A stretch of DNA of 64,000 bases. Source: Vicugna vicugna (lineage: Eukaryota). The translations under genes were made by a program, and so were the position numbers. Numbering within the stretch: position 1 is the stretch's first letter; every line of letters starts with the position of its first letter. The DNA lies in NCBI GenBank assembly GCA_013265495.1, contig MU060887.1:744001-808000 (forward strand). Direction: 5' to 3'. Under the pieces are notes generated by a model. The model saw only the letters and a list, made by a program, of their open reading frames with translations. It had not been told where the DNA came from and searched no databases. Positions 1-12,957 of the stretch are shown here, one piece after another.

Positions 1-89
1 CTGGAAAGTAGGTAGACGTGACGCGTCTTGAAGTGCTTCGAGCACTGAGTCCTTATAGGGGATGAGGCCTGTGTGGCGGGCAGGATCTG

Positions 90-478
90 AGATGTTCTCA
101 ATAATACTAACTCCTGGTATTCATGCTCCCGTTGACTGTGAGTTATACCTAGGGACTCCCTTCCAACAATGTGAATGCGGAAGAAATGTTGGGTAGTCAT
201 TTCTGAGAAAAGAGTTTAAAAAAATCTAGTTTTCCTTTTTTGACTCTCTCTTGCTCTCTCCTTGCTCATGTTGATAGAACCCAGTTCCATGCTGTGAGCT
301 CCCCCAGCAGGGGCTCATGCGTCAAAGAACTGAGGAATTCTTTGGACAGTGTCTTGGGTACATGTGAATCCTACCAACACCTTTGTGAGTGAGATTGGGA
401 GTGGTCTTCCACTAATCAGACCTTGAGATGACTAGCGCTGGAGACACCTGGACTGCAAACTTCTGGGAGGCCCTCTAA
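90..478. mobile_element. MaLR LTR (MLT1-like), old
   Basis: Resembles the MLT1 consensus (aactcctggtattcatgctccc..., ccatgctgtgag, gccttgagatgac); family assigned by recall only. Confidence 0.55.
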
Positions 479-538
479 AATACTTAAGTAAAGTATCAGT
501 TACCATATAAATATGTAAAAATCAATAGTTTTCTAAAT

Positions 539-808
539 AGACTCACAGACATAGAAAACAAATTTATGATTACCAAAGGGTGGGGGTGGGATAAATTAGG
601 AGTTTGGGATTAGCAGATACAAACTACTATATATAAAATAGATAAACAACAAGGTCCTACTGTTTATCATAGGGAACTAAATTCAACATCTTGCAATGAC
701 CTATAATGAGAAAGAATATCAAAAGGAATACATATGTGTATAGCTGAAGCTCTATTCTGTACACCAGAAATTAACACAACATTGTAAATCAACTATACTT
801 CAATAAAA
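539..808 (+). mobile_element. 5'-truncated L1 3' end (artiodactyl-type)
   Basis: Typical L1 3'UTR ending aaatcaactatacttcaataaaaaa; flanked by a perfect 15-bp TSD aatagttttctaaat (524-538 and 809-823). Confidence 0.9.
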
Positions 809-1140
809 AATAGTTTTCTAAATCTCCACCATATGAAATGCCAACCCAAGCAAAGACAAAGGAAATTAAAATAAGAAGTTATTCTTACAAATATTAATTG
901 AGAAAATAGAGAGTATCATAGCCTTGGTATAGAAGACCTAATGCCACTTAGGTTTCATGATTAATCCAATGGATTTATAGGTGTCAAAATCATATATGGA
1001 GTGGTTACATTTTTAAAGCCTGAATTTTACTTCCTACAACCTGGAGGTGAGAACCAGAGAGTATAGCTGAGCAGCCTCCTGAGGAGAGGAGGCACTCAGA
1101 GCCGTCCAGGGACATTTACTTTTCTTTTCTTCCTCCTCCT

Positions 1141-1467
1141 ATTAATATTAGCAAGTCTCCAGAGACTGGGACAGCACGGACCAACTGGCTAATTATGAGC
1201 TTTGTGCATTGAGCCCTAAGGTCACGCCATTGTAAATAATTGGATGGTGCCTCCAGCCTTTTAGTGTGCCACTTGTAAGAGCGTGGCTCCATGTTTGTGT
1301 CCCCACCCTCTATAAGAAATTTTGTTGGATGGTCTCAGCCTGAGTCTGCCTCTGTGCCAGTTCTGAGGAGGGACTCTGAGACTTCGTCACACACCAGACA
1401 GGAGAGGGGCAGTGAATCTGCACTCTTTGGTTGTGCTACAGCAGGGATGCAGACCAGCCCAGTAAGT
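1141..1467 (+). promoter_or_regulatory. Candidate OR promoter and first non-coding exon for the OR7E24-like gene
   Basis: O/E (EBF)-like TCTCCAGAGA 1156-1165, homeodomain TAATTA 1190-1195, consensus donor GTAAGT 1462-1467. Short motifs only, no transcript evidence. Confidence 0.25.
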
Positions 1468-1809
1468 GTTGATATGAGACAGTGATTGAGAGTGGGACTG
1501 TTGAGTTAATTATTTTCTCCTCAACGAGACTAACCTGATGGTTGAGACAGACAGGTGGGAGGGCACTATTGTATAAAATTTTATAACAAAGCCCTCTGAA
1601 GTTGATGTTCTTGGTTGTGGTTGGGGATATGAGAACCCACATTCAGAACTGTGATTCCACCCCCAACTAGTTCTGGCTCTGGCTGGCATCTCCCCAACCA
1701 TAGCAGCAAATGGGTCTCTCTGAATTTCCCTCTAAGCACTTCAAATGATCCTGAAAGTGATGATGAGTATGAAGTCGAGGAGGGTGGCATTAACTATAAC
1801 ATCATGGAA

Positions 1810-2030
1810 TGTTATTGAGGGCTTCCTAAGTGCCAAGCTCTCAAGTATGTGTTTTATGTATCTTGTTTGATTTCATCTGCATAATCTCTCCTAAATTATA
1901 AGTGCACACATATTATTATTCTTTTAATAAGAGGAAAGCACAGCATTTTATGTAACATGTACCAGGTCATGAGTTAGAGAGAGTTGAAGCCAGTCAGTCT
2001 GCATAGACTGACTCCAGACATAGAGCATCT
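1810..2030 (-). mobile_element. MIR SINE remnant
   Basis: Degenerate match to the reverse complement of the MIR core (ttattgag...gtgccaag...ccaggtca...ctgactccag). Confidence 0.55.
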
Positions 2031-4069
2031 GGGCAGTCTTACCCCTGCCAACCAGTCATGTCACTGCCAAGTCAGGCCAGCCAGAGACTCCTGATCACTA
2101 TGCCCTTCCCTTTGGAGTTTTCTGGAGGACCACAAAGGAGGGTAGCAGGTAGCGCTTGCTGCATGGACTCAAGGAAGGGTGGCTGAGATCACAAGCAAAG
2201 GTCATAAAAAAGCGACACATGATAATTTAGGATAGACCTCTCCGTTGACCCTGCTCTTGGATCTCACTTCAACTGTTCATTTCTTCCTTTATACTTATAG
2301 CCAGCCTACTCAATCACAAAAGGAGATGCAAAGTCAGAGTCTTGGGGTCCATTCCTACTCATAAAAATGAAAACATTAAAAAAAAGTGTCTCAGATGTAT
2401 ATGTGATTAGAACTCTGTAACTTTGCTTACAACTTTCCAGAAGTCTGGAAACAATGAAATTTAGTATGTGGGACTCTGAGACTGACAAGTTAATTTTGAA
2501 TCTTGTGTGCTCCACTTCTCCTTAGTGTGTTTGGGGAATTTTCTTAGTATTTCTGAGACTTTACATTGTCAATTGAGTTGATTCCTAGTTGATATAACTC
2601 CACTGAATTAGGATCGAACAAATAATGTATGCCTTCTATGCAATGATTATACGATGGATGCATAATGAGAGGGCATAGACATTCAAGAATTTTGTTACTA
2701 ATAATAATAATGCTGATTCTCATGTCATTTGACTTACATTTCTAGTAACCTGATGTTATGGTTTCCCTACATCGCTGACAGGACATTTTATTATTTTTTA
2801 TACAAGTACATTCTTCATATGAAGAGAAATGCCCAAGGCTCACTTATTTCTGACTCCCAAGAGCCTGTGCTCTATTGGCACAGAAGAGGGCACCAAGAAT
2901 TTAAAAAAAACCCAGTTAAGTATTGAATAAACCCTTACATTGTTCACAGAAACACAGTGTGGGCAATATCGCTTCTACCCAGCGGACTGTTCATGACAGT
3001 GTCTTCATGTTTTTCAGGAATGTCCCATAGGACTAGAAACAAGATAAAATAGTGCTTATTTGTGTCTGTCTCTTGGGCTTTCAGTAGGACATATTATTTC
3101 CCATTTAAGAGCATGTGCAGCATTTAATGATTGAAAGCCACTGTAGAGATTTTTTTCATATGGGGAAATAAAAGAGAAAAGAGATGGTGCGTCTTACTGC
3201 ATGTGCTGAGACACATTTTAGGAGTTCATGTCACTCCCTTCCAGTCTCCTGAGACAGAAGAGGCTTTGATCTCTCTCTGCTATAAAGCCCATGGAATGTC
3301 ATTAAATTTTTGATATCATATTTTATGACTAATTGTGCTATCCCAATAATGATTGAAATTCTTTATAAAAAATGACCAAATATTTTTAGGTTCCAAACCT
3401 CCCTTAGGCACCACACATTTTCTGGATGTGGGTATTAGACTCTTTATTTTCAGGAAGGAACAGAAACACAGAGGTGGAGAGATTTACACGCCCTTCGCAT
3501 ACAGGAGGTGAAAGATCCAGGACTGAAACACTGATCTGCTTACTCCTGCGCCAGTTCTCAGTCCCCTCCCCTGCAGACTAACAAGTGGTTCTTTGCAAAC
3601 CGACTAGTCCCAGATATGAAGTGATGGTAGAAGAACTGATTCATCCTCTTTTGTTTCAGTGAGGTCACCTGTAAATTATGGGAATGAGGCAGTAGTTCAC
3701 AGGGGCCATAATGGTACTAACATAGTGGACTGTAGGGTTTTCTATGAATAGTTATGTTTTGCAGTCCAGTTTTGAAATCTAAGGTTGAAAATATTTCCTG
3801 TACAAGATGAAAATGTCAGGTGCAGATATCATGAAATTATCACAAGACAGACTTCGAGGGTATTTTCAAAAGATGTCCTTTTAAAAGAGAATGTAGTTGA
3901 CAGAAAATGATTTGTACTGAAACAGATATAGGCAATTAATATTAATAAAACTGAAAATGCACCAATTATTAGAACTGAACAGCTAATCACCACTCACATA
4001 TTATATATGAGTTCTCATTTGTATGATATGGAGAGAGGTACAAGAATTTTCATAGGATTGTTGTAAGAA

Positions 4070-4225
4070 GAAACTTATATAAATAATGTAAATATAAAAA
4101 TACATAATGTGATGTAGATATTTATATATATATAAATACATTAAATTATATTTTAAACAGATATGAAATATATGTTTAAATTTGTTACATTTATATTAAA
4201 ATATTTACATATAAATTTATAGACT
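4070..4225. repeat. AT-rich low-complexity tract
   Basis: Almost pure A/T with (TA)n segments. Confidence 0.8.
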
Positions 4226-5169
4226 GAATAAATGTATCTCTTCCCTTACATAATAATGTGCACCAATAAAATGTTTGAAGTGGTTGCATATACTTCAGTA
4301 AGAGAGTTAATTTTAAAATTATGGTAAACATTTACATTTCAGAGTCAATATGGTAAGATTTTATGAAAGCTGATTATGAATATGTAGATCAATTTTACAT
4401 TAAGTAAACAGTGACAAAAATATACCCAGCAACTTCATAATATCAGTTATTTTTGGTGGACAGGTTTGTAGAGGAGTGAGATTGAGCTGAGATATAAAGA
4501 AAACCAAATTTTATAGGTAATGTTCCAAATCTCCATAAAACATGAGATCAGAAGCAAACATTATTAAATGTTTATATTTAAAAATAGGTGGTGGGTATAG
4601 AGAGTAATAACAGGTAATATTCTTGGCATTTTTCTATGTGTTGAGTGATATTCTAAGGTAGTGTTTACTAAGCTGCACATTACAGTGCCCAAGGAACTCA
4701 CATGTAAAGATTCCAAACCTGGTTCCAGGCTGAGGCTGGGGTAGCTGTGTATTTTAAAATAAGCACACTAAATTATGAATCAACTGGAAATGAAAACCAC
4801 TGGTCAAAACAATATAAACAACTTTTTAAAACTTTCTTACAACAGTCCTATTTGGTAGGTCATTTCTTACCACAATTGTGTAGATAAGGAAACTGCCCAG
4901 ATGTGTTTTCATTGTTCTATTTTGAATTTTTCTCAATTAAGTCATAGTGTGACCTGCCAGCATAATGAACCTGAACTACCTTCAGGTAGTAAACGTGATG
5001 AAATAGCAATTCCTTTATTCAGAAGAGTTGACGTGACAATCTTAACTAGATACAAGAAGGCTGGATCTTGACGCGGCTGTGGAACTCCCCTGGTACCAAA
5101 CTCCTCAACTGTAAATAAGAGGGTTTATGATCAGGAAAATAAGGTATATGAAAATGGAACCATTCATAT

Positions 5170-5467
5170 CAGGAAATGAAAGTCAAAACTCCAATCAAAC
5201 ATCACCTCCCATCTGTTAGGATGCCTATCATCAGGAAAACAAAAGGCAGCGTGTGCTGTGGAGGATTGGAGAAAAGGGAGCACTTGCACATGGGTGGTGG
5301 GAATGCATATGGGTACAGTGATTGCAGAAAACAGATCGGATGTTCCTTAAAAAATTAAAAACTGCTACTAGTTAAAATAGCGCTACTATATGATTCAGGA
5401 ATCCCACTTCAAGGTACATATCCAAAGGAAATTAAATCAGTACCTCCAAGAGAGATCTGTGTTCCCA
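5170..5467 (+). mobile_element. L1M ORF2-end/3'UTR fragment
   Basis: Recognisable L1 segment gaaatgaaagtcaaaact...ggagaaaagggagcac...aatcccacttcaaggtacatatccaaagga. Confidence 0.75.
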
Positions 5468-6278
5468 AACAATCCCACATAATATTTAAAATTGTGAATG
5501 TTTCTTAAATTTAGTTATTGTTTCATCATTGACAGATGTTCTGTATATTATGCCATCTTAAAGTCATCAATGCTGTATGATTATGTGCACTTAACTAAAC
5601 CATACTTATCGAAATTTGAAGTCCAGCAAGGCCAAAGATATGAAGTGAATACTAAATGACTCTTAAAAGGCAAAAAGACAACCCTCATACTTGAGTAACC
5701 CCTTATTTTGTGACCGTGGGAAGACAGAAAATGAAAGAATGATAAAACTCATCAACATACTGTCACATAAAATATTTTCTGATTTTGAGCATTAATCTTT
5801 CACTTGGAATCCAGTTTACACAGTCCTGCATTTTATAGAGTGTTTATAAATATTCTAAATAAAAGAAGTATCTAGAATTGTATTTGAAGATAATTAGGTT
5901 ACATAACTGTGTCTTAATATTTTTAAGTTCAAATTATATTTTTTATTAAAGGGTTAAGAGAATTTCTCATTCTATTTTTTTTCTAAAAAGTAGGCTGTAT
6001 TTTATTGTGATTATGGATTTATTGTCTCTAATATTTGGGTTCCTCTTTTACCATTCTGTCCAGTTTCTTTAAGTAAGTTTGTATAGAAAGAGGTGAAAAA
6101 AAATAGGAACAAATGGGGAGACAATTCCAGTAGATAGAATTGGTCACACTGAGAAATGTTGCTAAGGATACTTGAGTGTATGACATTAGCAATGAATTGC
6201 TTGAATCCAAAATATGGACACAGTGCTACATGACATTTGCTTATTTCCTTTTTTTCCCAATCATCTTGTCTTTTAAAA

Positions 6279-7223
6279 ATGGTGTCCAAGCTACATAGAA
6301 CTGAAAACCTAACAAGTGTCTCAGAATTCTTCCTCATGGGACTCTCAGATGATCCAGAACTGCAGCCTTTCCTCTTCGGGCTGTTTTTGTCCATGTACCT
6401 GGGGATCATGTTGGGGAACCTGCTCATCATCCTGGCTGTCAGCTCCAACTCCCNNNNNNNNNNNNNNNNNNNNNNNNNNNNNNNNNNNNNNNNNNNNNNN
6501 NNNNNNNNNNNNNNNNNNNNNNNNNNNNNNNNNNNNNNNNNNNNNNNNNNNNNNNNNNNNNNNNNNNNNNNNNNNNNNNNNNNNNNNNNNNNGATGTGTA
6601 TTTTTATCATTTTTGTATGTATGGATGACATGGTTCTGACCGTGATGGCCTATGACAGGTTTGTGGCCATCTGTCATCCACTGCACTACCTGGTCATCAT
6701 GAACCCCTACCTCTGTCGCTTCTTCATTTTAGTATCTTTTTTTATTAGCCTTTTGGACTCCCAGCTGCACAATTTGCTTGTGTTACAGGTCACCTGCTTT
6801 AAGGATTTGGAAATGTCTAATTTCTACTGTGACCCTTCTCAGCTCCTCGACCTTGCCTGTTCTAACACTTTCACCAACAACGTAGTCAGGTATTTTGCTG
6901 TTGCCATCTTTGGTTTTCTCCCTTTTTCAGCAATCATATTTTCTTACTATAAAATTCTTTCCTCCATTCTCAGACTCCCCTCATCAGGTGGGAGGTACAG
7001 AGCCTTCTCCACTTGTGGCTCTCACCTGGCCATTGTTTGCCTATTTTATGGAACAGGACTCTGTGTGTACCTCAGCTCAGCCGTCTCGCTTTCTCCCAGG
7101 AAGGATGCTGTGGCCTCCGTGGTGTACACTGTGGTCACCCCCATGCTGAACCCCTTCATCTACAGTCTGAGGAACAGTGACATCAAAAGGGCCATGAGGA
7201 GGTTCCTCAGCAAAGCCATCTAA
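6279..7223 (+). CDS. OR7E24: Olfactory receptor family 7, OR7E24-like (314 aa from ATG 6279; functional status uncertain)
   Basis: Motifs [54 protein letters not shown] and FxCDPSQLL are characteristic of OR7E24. 139-nt N block 6454-6592. The ancestral start appears mutated (see findings). Confidence 0.8.
   Translation: MVSKLHRTENLTSVSEFFLMGLSDDPELQPFLFGLFLSMYLGIMLGNLLIILAVSSNSXXXXXXXXXXXXXXXXXXXXXXXXXXXXXXXXXXXXXXXXXXXXXXXMCIFIIFVCMDDMVLTVMAYDRFVAICHPLHYLVIMNPYLCRFFILVSFFISLLDSQLHNLLVLQVTCFKDLEMSNFYCDPSQLLDLACSNTFTNNVVRYFAVAIFGFLPFSAIIFSYYKILSSILRLPSSGGRYRAFSTCGSHLAIVCLFYGTGLCVYLSSAVSLSPRKDAVASVVYTVVTPMLNPFIYSLRNSDIKRAMRRFLSKAI
6454..6592. other. N-masked block inside OR ORF
   Basis: 139 N; c+139N+g = 141 nt = 47 codons, the number expected from OR7 homologues. 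Confidence 0.9.
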
Positions 7224-7683
7224 TCTCAGTACCTGTCATCCGTTTGTAGTTTAGGTTGGAAAATGCAGCAGTAGACCTGGGAATCCTACCTCTCTCATCA
7301 CATCGTTTTTGTAGCTTGACACCTGAATATTACTTGTTTGGGAATTTTTAAATGGGACTGGGGCAGAGTTCTAGGATCCTTTGTATATCTTAATCACTGC
7401 ATGATAAATATTGTAAAATCTATTATATGCTTTCAGTATATCTTTGATGGGGCTTGTTGGTGTTCTGGGATCCTCTGTAAACCATAAGCACTGTGTGACT
7501 GGATCTTATTCTATCTGTGAGATTCAATAGTTTATCATTGGTGGCACAAAGTCCTGGAAAGATGAGTAACTCTCTTTTCATATTTTTAATTTTTACATCT
7601 TTCAAAAACAGCTCTTGTCTATTTTCCATACTCATTTCAATTTTAAAATCTGTATATGCAGGTTATGTGTGAGGATGCACATC

Positions 7684-7850
7684 AGTGCTTCTTAACCTTG
7701 GTTTTTATGAAAATCGTCTGAGAATGCAGACACTGGGTCTCACTGCCAGAGATTCTGAGTTTATTAGATTTGGCTGTTTCCAGAGCATGAAGGTTTTTAA
7801 AAGTACTCATGTGGGTTTACTGTGTGGCCAAAGTTGAGAACTGCTGATCT
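7684..7850. mobile_element. MER5-like hAT-Charlie MITE
   Basis: Ends cagtgcttcttaacctt ... aagttgagaactgctg resemble MER5 terminal inverted repeats. Confidence 0.65.
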
Positions 7851-9229
7851 AAGTCAGATCTTTCATCCGAAGATGACCTGAAGGTCTTGGGTCTTAACTA
7901 CTCAGTCGGGATAATTTACACTTGGTCTCCTTCAATCTATAGTATCCATTAATCTATAGAGATATCATACATACATCGCTTTTGTGGTAGAGATGTTGGC
8001 TTTCAGAAAACTCTTCATAACTAGTTTAATTTACTTTTCATTTTACCACTAAGGATAAACAACTATATCCTGCGTTGATGACAAACTTAGATACTAAAGC
8101 AAGAAATGCATTTGATAGAGGATTAATTCATATTAGGTAGTGAGAAGAGATATTGTCCATTAAAATTACTAATATTACTGAAAATGTTATGTATTACTAA
8201 AGTATTACATTGCGTGTCCATTTATGCAGACCTAAAGGATTGCCAAATAACCTTGGAAAGGGCCAAAGGAATGTTGCTTTTTGGTGTGTACATTGTTTAA
8301 TTTCTAGTGTGTTCTGTTGAATTTACTAGCTCCTGTTTTCTTACTGCATCAGCTTTAAGCAAATATAGGAATATAGGAATTTCTAAATCTGAAATTTTTA
8401 TAATGTAACCTGTATACCTGAGTAATAATCCTAGATTTTCTACAACATGCATGAAGGGAGTAGTTCTCTCACTGAAATCTGATCAGAAAAAGCTCCCCTG
8501 TAATGATAAGTTGAAATGTAAGTCTAGCTTATCCTGTTTTCTAGTCATCTGGGAACATTTAAAAATTAAATTATTTTCATATTGTTTTAATCATTTACAT
8601 TCAACTAATCTTGTATTGCAAGTGTATTTACTCCCATTTTACCCTTCCCACCCCTGATTTTGTTACAAGTTTCTCCCACAACTCTCACCCCCCCACCAAT
8701 TCCATTCATTAGATTTTGAAGACATTGAATATGGGGATGACCTCAGTGTTTAACATCGAGGTTATCCCTGCCCTTCTGGGAGGAGGAGGTTTCTGAAGAA
8801 CCGAGGAACATTCCGAGGCCCTTGTCCATTAGAATAAAGAAATACACTGGTGACACCAACTCGTGGAAGGTGCCTTGTCTTCATGCTAGCAGGCATATTA
8901 CTTAACTCTCTTGTTCCCACTCTCAAAATTCACTTGCATACAGCTGTTCAGATTTTCAGTGAGAGACCTACTCCCTTCCAGGTCACTCATGGCCCCTAAG
9001 TTTTGTCATTTTAGATCCTCGTTTCCTTTTATCTCGTATCGAAGTGATTAATTATCTGAAGAGCAATGCCTCAGTTATATGATTTGCCTTCCTCATTCTT
9101 CAAAAACAGTTCATGTAGACATTTTGCTCTTGCAAGAGTGTCCTAAATGGCTTCTCAATATTCAGCTTTCCCTCTTTATGAGGCAATCAGATCGACCTTT
9201 TAAGTGCAGTCAAAATTTGTGATTTCTTT

Positions 9230-9745
9230 GCTTAAAACCTTTCAATCATTTTCTGTTACTCCTGGAATAAAATGTAAACTCTTGGCCAAGGTCTATAAGA
9301 CCCTTCATTGTTTAGTCTCTCCTATTCCTTTCCAGCTCCCTCACTGATCCCTGCACCAGTACCATCAGTATCACCTGGGAACATATAAATGCAAATTTTC
9401 AAGCCTCACCCCAGACCTACTGAATCAGGACTTCTGTGGCTAGAACGCAACTATCTGTAGTTCAGCCAGTCCACCAAGTGATTCCACTACACACTGAGTT
9501 AGAGAACCACTTGTTTAGACTTATTTGCTTCCTTGTAGTTCCTCAAATAATTCATGCTCTTTCCAGCTTCTAGACTATTACGCTTAACTTCTCTCTGCCT
9601 AGAATTTTCCTCTCCTTTCCTGTTGAACTTCTCACTTAAATACCAACAGCTGAAGATGCCTTCCCTGACCACCCATCTAAATTCTATTGTTCTCTCCATC
9701 AAGTTAGTCTCTATTCCTCTCTCACTATCATTACCTTCTGAGTGA
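9230..9745. mobile_element. L2 remnant with nested MER5A (about 9345-9512)
   Basis: L2 pyrimidine-rich 3' motifs (gaagccttccctgacc-like) interrupted by catcacctggga...ccccagacctactgaatcag...gagaaccact. Confidence 0.6.
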
Positions 9746-9974
9746 CTCACACATTTTGAGTGTTATGAGGACCATCTTTGTACCAGACTGCCTCAGCTAT
9801 TCTGTCCCAAATTAAGCTGATGCATCAAAAAAAGTGAATTTTGCTCATTTTCCTATCTATCTAAAGTTGTTTGTGAGATGTGATGTTATTGGTTTAAGCA
9901 GGCAAGACAATGGACAACTTCATTGCTGAAACGATACTTGGTAGAAAATTTGTTGCGAAATCTAGAAAGTTGTT

Positions 9975-10489
9975 GATTGTGCCAAAGGAAAATTATGTCA
10001 TAGTCCAACAGGTAAGGAAGACTTTATTCAAGATTGTTGTAATAAGGGAGAGAGATTGAACTCGTCTCCACTGAAACAAAAGATGGGAGGATTTTTAAAG
10101 TTGGGGCTAGCTAATGGAAAATAACTGGAAGATAGTAGGGGGAAGGTTGGTTGATATGATTAGGCCATCTGTTTTTGCTAATTGCTGCTTGCTGAATTTA
10201 GGTTCCTACCCTCCCACAGAAGGTGGGAAATAGGGTCACTATGTTTCTTGATGATTACATTTCAAAGGGATGGCTCCTGGGTCTTTAAGAATGACATTCC
10301 TGGGTTGTAAACTGGAAAGAGTTTGGGAGAAGAATTATAAAATTATGCAATGGGGTAGAGAAAGAATTTACAATTACAAGTTTTCTAACATAAATGCTCT
10401 AAGAAAAGAGATGTCAGGATTTGAAAATCATGAAGAAACCTGTTTAAACTTTAATTAAGGTGAGGGGAATGTTAAAGCAATCTTGGTCA
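9975..10489 (-). mobile_element. ERV1 solo LTR, MER67-like
   Basis: Reverse complement begins tgaccaagattgctttaacattcccctca, matching the recalled MER67 start. Confidence 0.6.
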
Positions 10490-10619
10490 ATAAATATACA
10501 AAATTTCCACTGTTATTCCAGTGTTGTAATTCTCGGGTTTTTTAATATAGTCTGGCAAGCTAACCTCCATACTGAAGCAGAAGCAGAAGTTTTAAATTAT
10601 GTTCACAAGTAATTTGAGT

Positions 10620-10920
10620 TCTAAAATCAAATGGCAGCATTAACATTGAAAGACAAGGCAGATGATTGAGCAGCAAATCTGGAATGGCAACTGGGGTCTA
10701 TGATCCACAAGGATGTGTGGTGGTGGTGGTAACAGATCATAAATGAACAGACATCAAGAGCATTGTTTGATTTAGATAACCAAAAATACTGAAAGCAAGT
10801 CAGCTCCCACAACTGAAAATCATGATTCTTTTCCCAGTCGCAGACCCAAGCCTGGCTTCAGACTCAAAGCCTAGATATTAAAGGGATTAAAGGGGAGGTG
10901 GTTCCCCCTTTAGGAAGTTC
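10620..10920 (+). mobile_element. ERVL/MaLR internal fragment (gag end)
   Basis: cccagtcgcagacccaagcc...aaggggaggtggttccccctttaggaag resembles the ERVL gag-pro junction. Confidence 0.35.
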
Positions 10921-11585
10921 ATTATGGTCCTTTGAAATGGTAACATCCTCGAGAATACTTGATGGCAAGTTGATTCCATTGGACTCCAGTCCTGGAGTGG
11001 GCAGTGATTCTTCTTTACCAAGATGAATATTTACGTGTTTATGTGTGCTTTTCCTGCCTTCAGTGCCTTCACAAACACCACCATCCAAAGACTTAGCTCA
11101 TCATCCAGTTTCTTTACAGTGAAGAAGATATGAAAATAAACGTTTATCAAGAGATCCAATGGTCCTAACATATTCTGCATCATCTAAAACTGCTCAGCAT
11201 CACATACCTAGAGGCAAGTCTGTGATTCAATTCCCACCCTCCTGAATTGTAATCCAGTACTCTGTCTTCTTACCATACTTGAAGATATATCCCCTTTCAG
11301 CCAAATTTTGTCACCATTTGAACTCTTGTGTTTCAACCTCAGTAAATTCACCTGTAAAATGAAACAACTAGACCCAACAACTTATTAGCATCTGATCAGT
11401 TCTAATATTCTGGACCATGCAGTTTTTCTATCTCTAGTGATGAATTTTCTTAGCTTATGTTGGAAATGTACTAGATACATGGAGAAAAGTTCAGCCTTGC
11501 TAATAACCAAATGAATAATTTATGTATCAGTGTATTTTCTATTTAGACATATAACATGATCCAATAAACTCCCAGATCCAGAATT

Positions 11586-11704
11586 TAAGCTCTATAAAGG
11601 CAAAGATTTCTGTCTTTTTTCCCCTTTCACTTCTGTATTCCAGACACTTACAACAGCGCTGAACACCAAAGGTGCTCAGGAAATATTGTCAAACGAATAA
11701 ATGT
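11586..11704. mobile_element. L2 3' end
   Basis: taagctctataaaggcaaagatttctgtc...ggtgctcaggaaatatt...gaataaatg, the classic L2 terminus. Confidence 0.7.
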
Positions 11705-12024
11705 GATAAGAACTAGCAAAGCTATTGATAAAATGCTATTGATAAAATTCTTATTCAACTGTTCTGAGTATGTACTCAAAGTGGCTGCTATTGACCTGCT
11801 GGACTGGAAATCCAATCTGAGGTGCAGCAATGGATACATAAAAGGAGGGCTGAAGCTAGTAGAGCAATCACCAGAAGCGGTTAAGACAAAGTACAAGGAA
11901 ATTCTGACCAAAGTCACTTATGGAGGCTTGGTAATTAACTAATCTCGACATGATTAAGAGGCAGGATTTCTTTAGGCAACTGCTGCTACCAGTTTCAGCT
12001 CAAAACCCCAGACCAATGTTCCCA

Positions 12025-12957
12025 TCACTGAACATAGAGTGTTCTCCCAAGAACTTTTTGTAGAGCCCTCTTAATGTCCCTGTTCCGCAGGCTGTAGATG
12101 AAGGGGTTCAGCATTGGGGTGACCACAGTGTACATTACCGAGGCGACCATGCCTCTCCAGGAAGATGAATCAGAACTGAGATACACACCAAGTCCTGTCC
12201 CATAGAACAAAGAAACCACAGACAGGTGAGATGCACAGGTAGAAAATGCCTTACATTTCCCATTAGCTGATGGGATTCTCAGGATTGAGGAGACAATTTG
12301 GGTATAAGAGAAAAGGATCCCTGAGAAGGGGACAATGCCGAGAAAACCAGTCACCATATAGAGCAGGATGTAATTGATGAGTGTGTCGGAGCAGGCAAGT
12401 GTGAGAGCCTGAGCAAGTTCACAGTAAAAGTGTTGAATTACCCAGTTGGTGCAGAAGGACAGCCGCAGCATCAGCAGACTCTGGATCAGGGAGTACGTCA
12501 AGCTGATGAGCCAGGACACAAGAGCCAGCAGACCACAGAGGCGGGGGTTCATGATGATGGAGTAGTGCAGGGGGTGGCAGATGGCCACAAGCCGGTCATA
12601 GGCCATCACAGTGAGGAGAAAGGTGTCCATACCGCCAAAAACCATGAAAAAATACATCTGGGTGATGCAGCCAGCAAAGGTGANNNNNNNNNNNNNNNNN
12701 NNNNNNNNNNNNNNNNNNNNNNNNNNNNNNNNNNNNNNNNNNNNNNNNNNNNNNNNNNNNNNNNNNNNNNNNNNNNNNNNNNNNNNNNNNNNNNNNNNNN
12801 NNNNNNNNNNNNNNNNNNNNNNNNNNNNNNNNNNNNNNNNNNNNNNNNNNNNNNNNNNNNNNNAGAACATTCCAAATAAAATGGGTTGCTGCTCTGAGTC
12901 TTGGGAAAACCCCAGGAGTAAAAATTCTGAAACACTTGTTTGATTTCCTGGTTCCAT
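12025..12957 (-). CDS. Olfactory receptor family 7 (subfamily unresolved), 310 aa
   Basis: [18 protein letters not shown] start with N-glycosylation sequon, [37 protein letters not shown]; no visible stop or frameshift; 180-nt N block. Confidence 0.9.
   Translation of the reverse strand: MEPGNQTSVSEFLLLGFSQDSEQQPILFGMFXXXXXXXXXXXXXXXXXXXXXXXXXXXXXXXXXXXXXXXXXXXXXXXXXXXXXXXXXXXXXTFAGCITQMYFFMVFGGMDTFLLTVMAYDRLVAICHPLHYSIIMNPRLCGLLALVSWLISLTYSLIQSLLMLRLSFCTNWVIQHFYCELAQALTLACSDTLINYILLYMVTGFLGIVPFSGILFSYTQIVSSILRIPSANGKCKAFSTCASHLSVVSLFYGTGLGVYLSSDSSSWRGMVASVMYTVVTPMLNPFIYSLRNRDIKRALQKVLGRTLYVQ
12684..12863. other. N-masked block inside OR ORF
   Basis: 180 N; with flanking bases 183 nt = 61 codons, as expected for TM1-TM2. 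Confidence 0.9.

Noticed and set aside
6237-6278. ORF-track start of the OR7E24-like gene at 6237
   Set aside because: It is a TTG within the polypyrimidine tract, not a credible initiation site.
11703-11942. 79-aa protein-looking ORF
   Set aside because: Non-ATG start next to an L2 end, antisense to the OR 3'UTR; no family recognised.
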